Source: Octopus sinensis | Lineage: Eukaryota | Assembly: GCF_006345805.1 (NCBI RefSeq) | Contig: NW_021828231.1 | Location: 1 to 9,035 of the forward strand | DNA length: 9,035 nt | Reading direction: 5' to 3' | Part shown: one piece after another, positions 7,345 through 9,035 of the stretch | Numbering within the stretch: the first letter of the stretch is position 1 | How the letters are laid out: each line of letters begins with the position of its first letter | Notes under the pieces: generated by a model | Told to the model about the DNA's origin: nothing | What the model saw: only the letters and a program-made list of their open reading frames with translations | Database searches by the model: none | Translations under genes and position numbers: made by a program

Positions 7345-7772
7345 TCTGAGGGAATAAATATTCTTATTCATATGAGATGAAACTGAAGCTCCGTTTGCAT
7401 ATGTATAAATCTATATCGGTATGAGGCAGTTGTCTGAGAATGGAAATTATATGAGTGTACCTATGTATGCATGTATGTATTATGTGTGTTTGTGTAGGAA
7501 TATGCGTAACTTTGGATTTGTATATATATCTCCTGTTTTTGAAAACATGCTCCTTCTTTTTTACCACTTTCGCCTTTTCAGTATGTGACCTCGTGAAGAC
7601 CACTTGCATTTTTTCCCTCTGTCCTCCCACCTCGGGATCTTTATTTCTCCTATGTTTCCGACGAAGAGCTCCGCTCGAAACGTCATACCCTTCTTCTTCC
7701 CTTAGCGTCCAATAATACTTTATTTGTTCCATATCCTCGCGTTGTTGTCTTTTTGTTTTCTTGTTTGGATTA

Positions 7773-7776
<4 letters not shown>
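7345..7776 (+). mobile_element. Second hammerhead-bearing repeat (Penelope-like remnant) ending in (TA)n
   Basis: The 3' ~170 bp parallel 2690-2850 in motif order; the 5' boundary is uncertain. Confidence 0.5.
7654..7688 (+). ncRNA. Degenerate minimal type-I hammerhead ribozyme fold
   Basis: Stem I gttt/atac (1 mismatch); core CCGACGA (one change from CUGACGA) plus extra A; stem II GAGC-tcc-GCTC; GAAACGTC with palindromic ACGT and a GUC cleavage triplet. Confidence 0.6.
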
Positions 7777-7817
<41 letters not shown>

Positions 7818-7838
7818 GTATGTATGCATTTATGTATG
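7777..7838. repeat. (TA)n(TATG)n microsatellite
   Basis: Directly visible. Confidence 0.95.
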
Positions 7839-8284
7839 ACTAGTGGGATCTCTGAATATTTCGTGGAATTAATAGTAAAACTATTGGGCTATTTCTTAAA
7901 ACTTTATCCAAAATACCTGAAAGCGTAGCCTGTGTTGTGTCTGTATGGAAAGATAGTCGCTCATCTGCTACTCATTGAAAAGTGAAAGAAATTGGAATAT
8001 TTAATGCACCTTATATATGCACTTTATATACTTTATGTACAATTTTATAGACTTAATACACAGCACTCATAAAATAAATATTCACTCTTATTTTTCTATT
8101 TTCCCCATAAACAACCAAAAGAAAAAATCCCGTACATATGATACAATCTTTAGTTTAATTGAATATATGTGCCATGTATATAAGCGTCAATATTTCACGG
8201 AATTGCATTTATGCGCATGCGTAAGTGATGGGTGATATATAAAAAGTTAGTTCAATTAATAAGAATACACTTTTCACTATCCAA

Positions 8285-8420
8285 TCACCACCACCACCAC
8301 CACCATCACCCACCATTAACAGCCCCTCCATCATCTTCTCTCTTCCCTTTTCTCTCTCCCTCATGTCTCCACCTTCAATCTCTCTCTCCCCTCTCTCTCC
8401 TCTCTCTCTCTCTCTATCTT
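8285..8420. repeat. (CAC)n plus (CT)n low-complexity tract
   Basis: Directly visible; it explains the poly-His and poly-Gly ORFs. Confidence 0.92.
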
Positions 8421-8492
8421 TGTTTAACCTCACCATCAGAACATCACCCCTCTGCTAAAATTGCATTTGTAACTCTGCTCTATATCATTACC

Positions 8493-8752
8493 TTCAACTA
8501 ACTTTTTTGATGACGTAACTAATATTACATTCCTTCTATCTCACGTCATGGACGCTTCTCTCTCCCCCTTTTTCTTTTTCCTTCTTTCGATCTTACTCTT
8601 CACTTTCTTTTCCTCTCTCCTTTGTCTTTCTCCTCTTGTTCAATTTCAACTAATTACTTGAAAGTGTTGCAATTATGTTCCCTCTACCTCACGTCATGGA
8701 CGGTTCTCTCTCCCTCGTTTTCTCTCTCTATTTTTCTTTCTCCCTCTTTTCT
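8493..8752 (+). repeat. Diverged tandem duplication, period about 150 bp
   Basis: ttcaactaa at 8493 and 8645; ttccttctatctcacgtcatggacgcttctctctccc (8530-8566) vs ttccctctacctcacgtcatggacggttctctctccc (8678-8714). Confidence 0.8.
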
Positions 8753-8889
8753 CTAATCACGTGAATGCGTTACCGACGGGCTAAGTATCGCAATGACAAG
8801 CAAAAAGGATTATAAGATTATGAGCATGCACAGTAGTAGGGTTTTGTTTTCTTTATAATTTATCTTGAATTTTATTTTCCTCTCCAGGA

Positions 8890-8978
8890 GTCACTAAGTG
8901 GTGGATAATGCAAACACAGCAACATCATTGTCGAGCGGTGGTGGAAGGACAAATACAGACAGAAAGAAACACACACTC
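8890..8978 (-). mobile_element. Fragment of SINE family A 3' half, running into its internal microsatellite
   Basis: aaacacagcaacatcattgtcgagcggtggtggaaggacaaatacagaca resembles 2356-2417. Confidence 0.7.
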
Positions 8979-9001
8979 ATATATATATATATATATATAA
9001 T

Positions 9002-9035
<34 letters not shown>
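8969..9035. repeat. (CA)n(TA)n microsatellite, open at the window end
   Basis: Directly visible. Confidence 0.95.

Noticed and set aside
7839-7867. ACTAGT plus imperfect hairpin, suggesting a minus-strand Helitron 3' end
   Set aside because: The hairpin has only 5 Watson-Crick pairs and no matching 5' TC terminus was found.
1-9035. Prokaryotic systems (CRISPR, operons, IS elements)
   Set aside because: No regularly spaced repeat-spacer array or gene-dense structure; the sequence is eukaryotic repeat DNA.

Overview
AT-rich, repeat-dense eukaryotic intergenic or intronic DNA with no intact protein-coding gene. The SINE families and dense (TA)/(TG)/(GA) microsatellites resemble octopus (cephalopod) DNA; this is from recall, not a search. 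The window is a set of nested retroposons. (1) A 1.65-kb internally deleted L1/Tx1-like LINE (ORF1 N-terminus joined to the ORF2 C-terminal zf-RVT region, no EN/RT) sits in the tRNA-derived head of a SINE, with a ~15-bp TSD. (2) At least three tRNA-SINE groups show swapped heads and tails; one shares its 3' tail with that LINE. (3) Two short (TA)n-flanked repeats each carry a degenerate minimal hammerhead-ribozyme fold (Penelope/retrozyme-like). (4) A near-identical 231-bp copy of 2817-3046 is inserted into a TTAGGG unit of a degenerate telomere-like tract.
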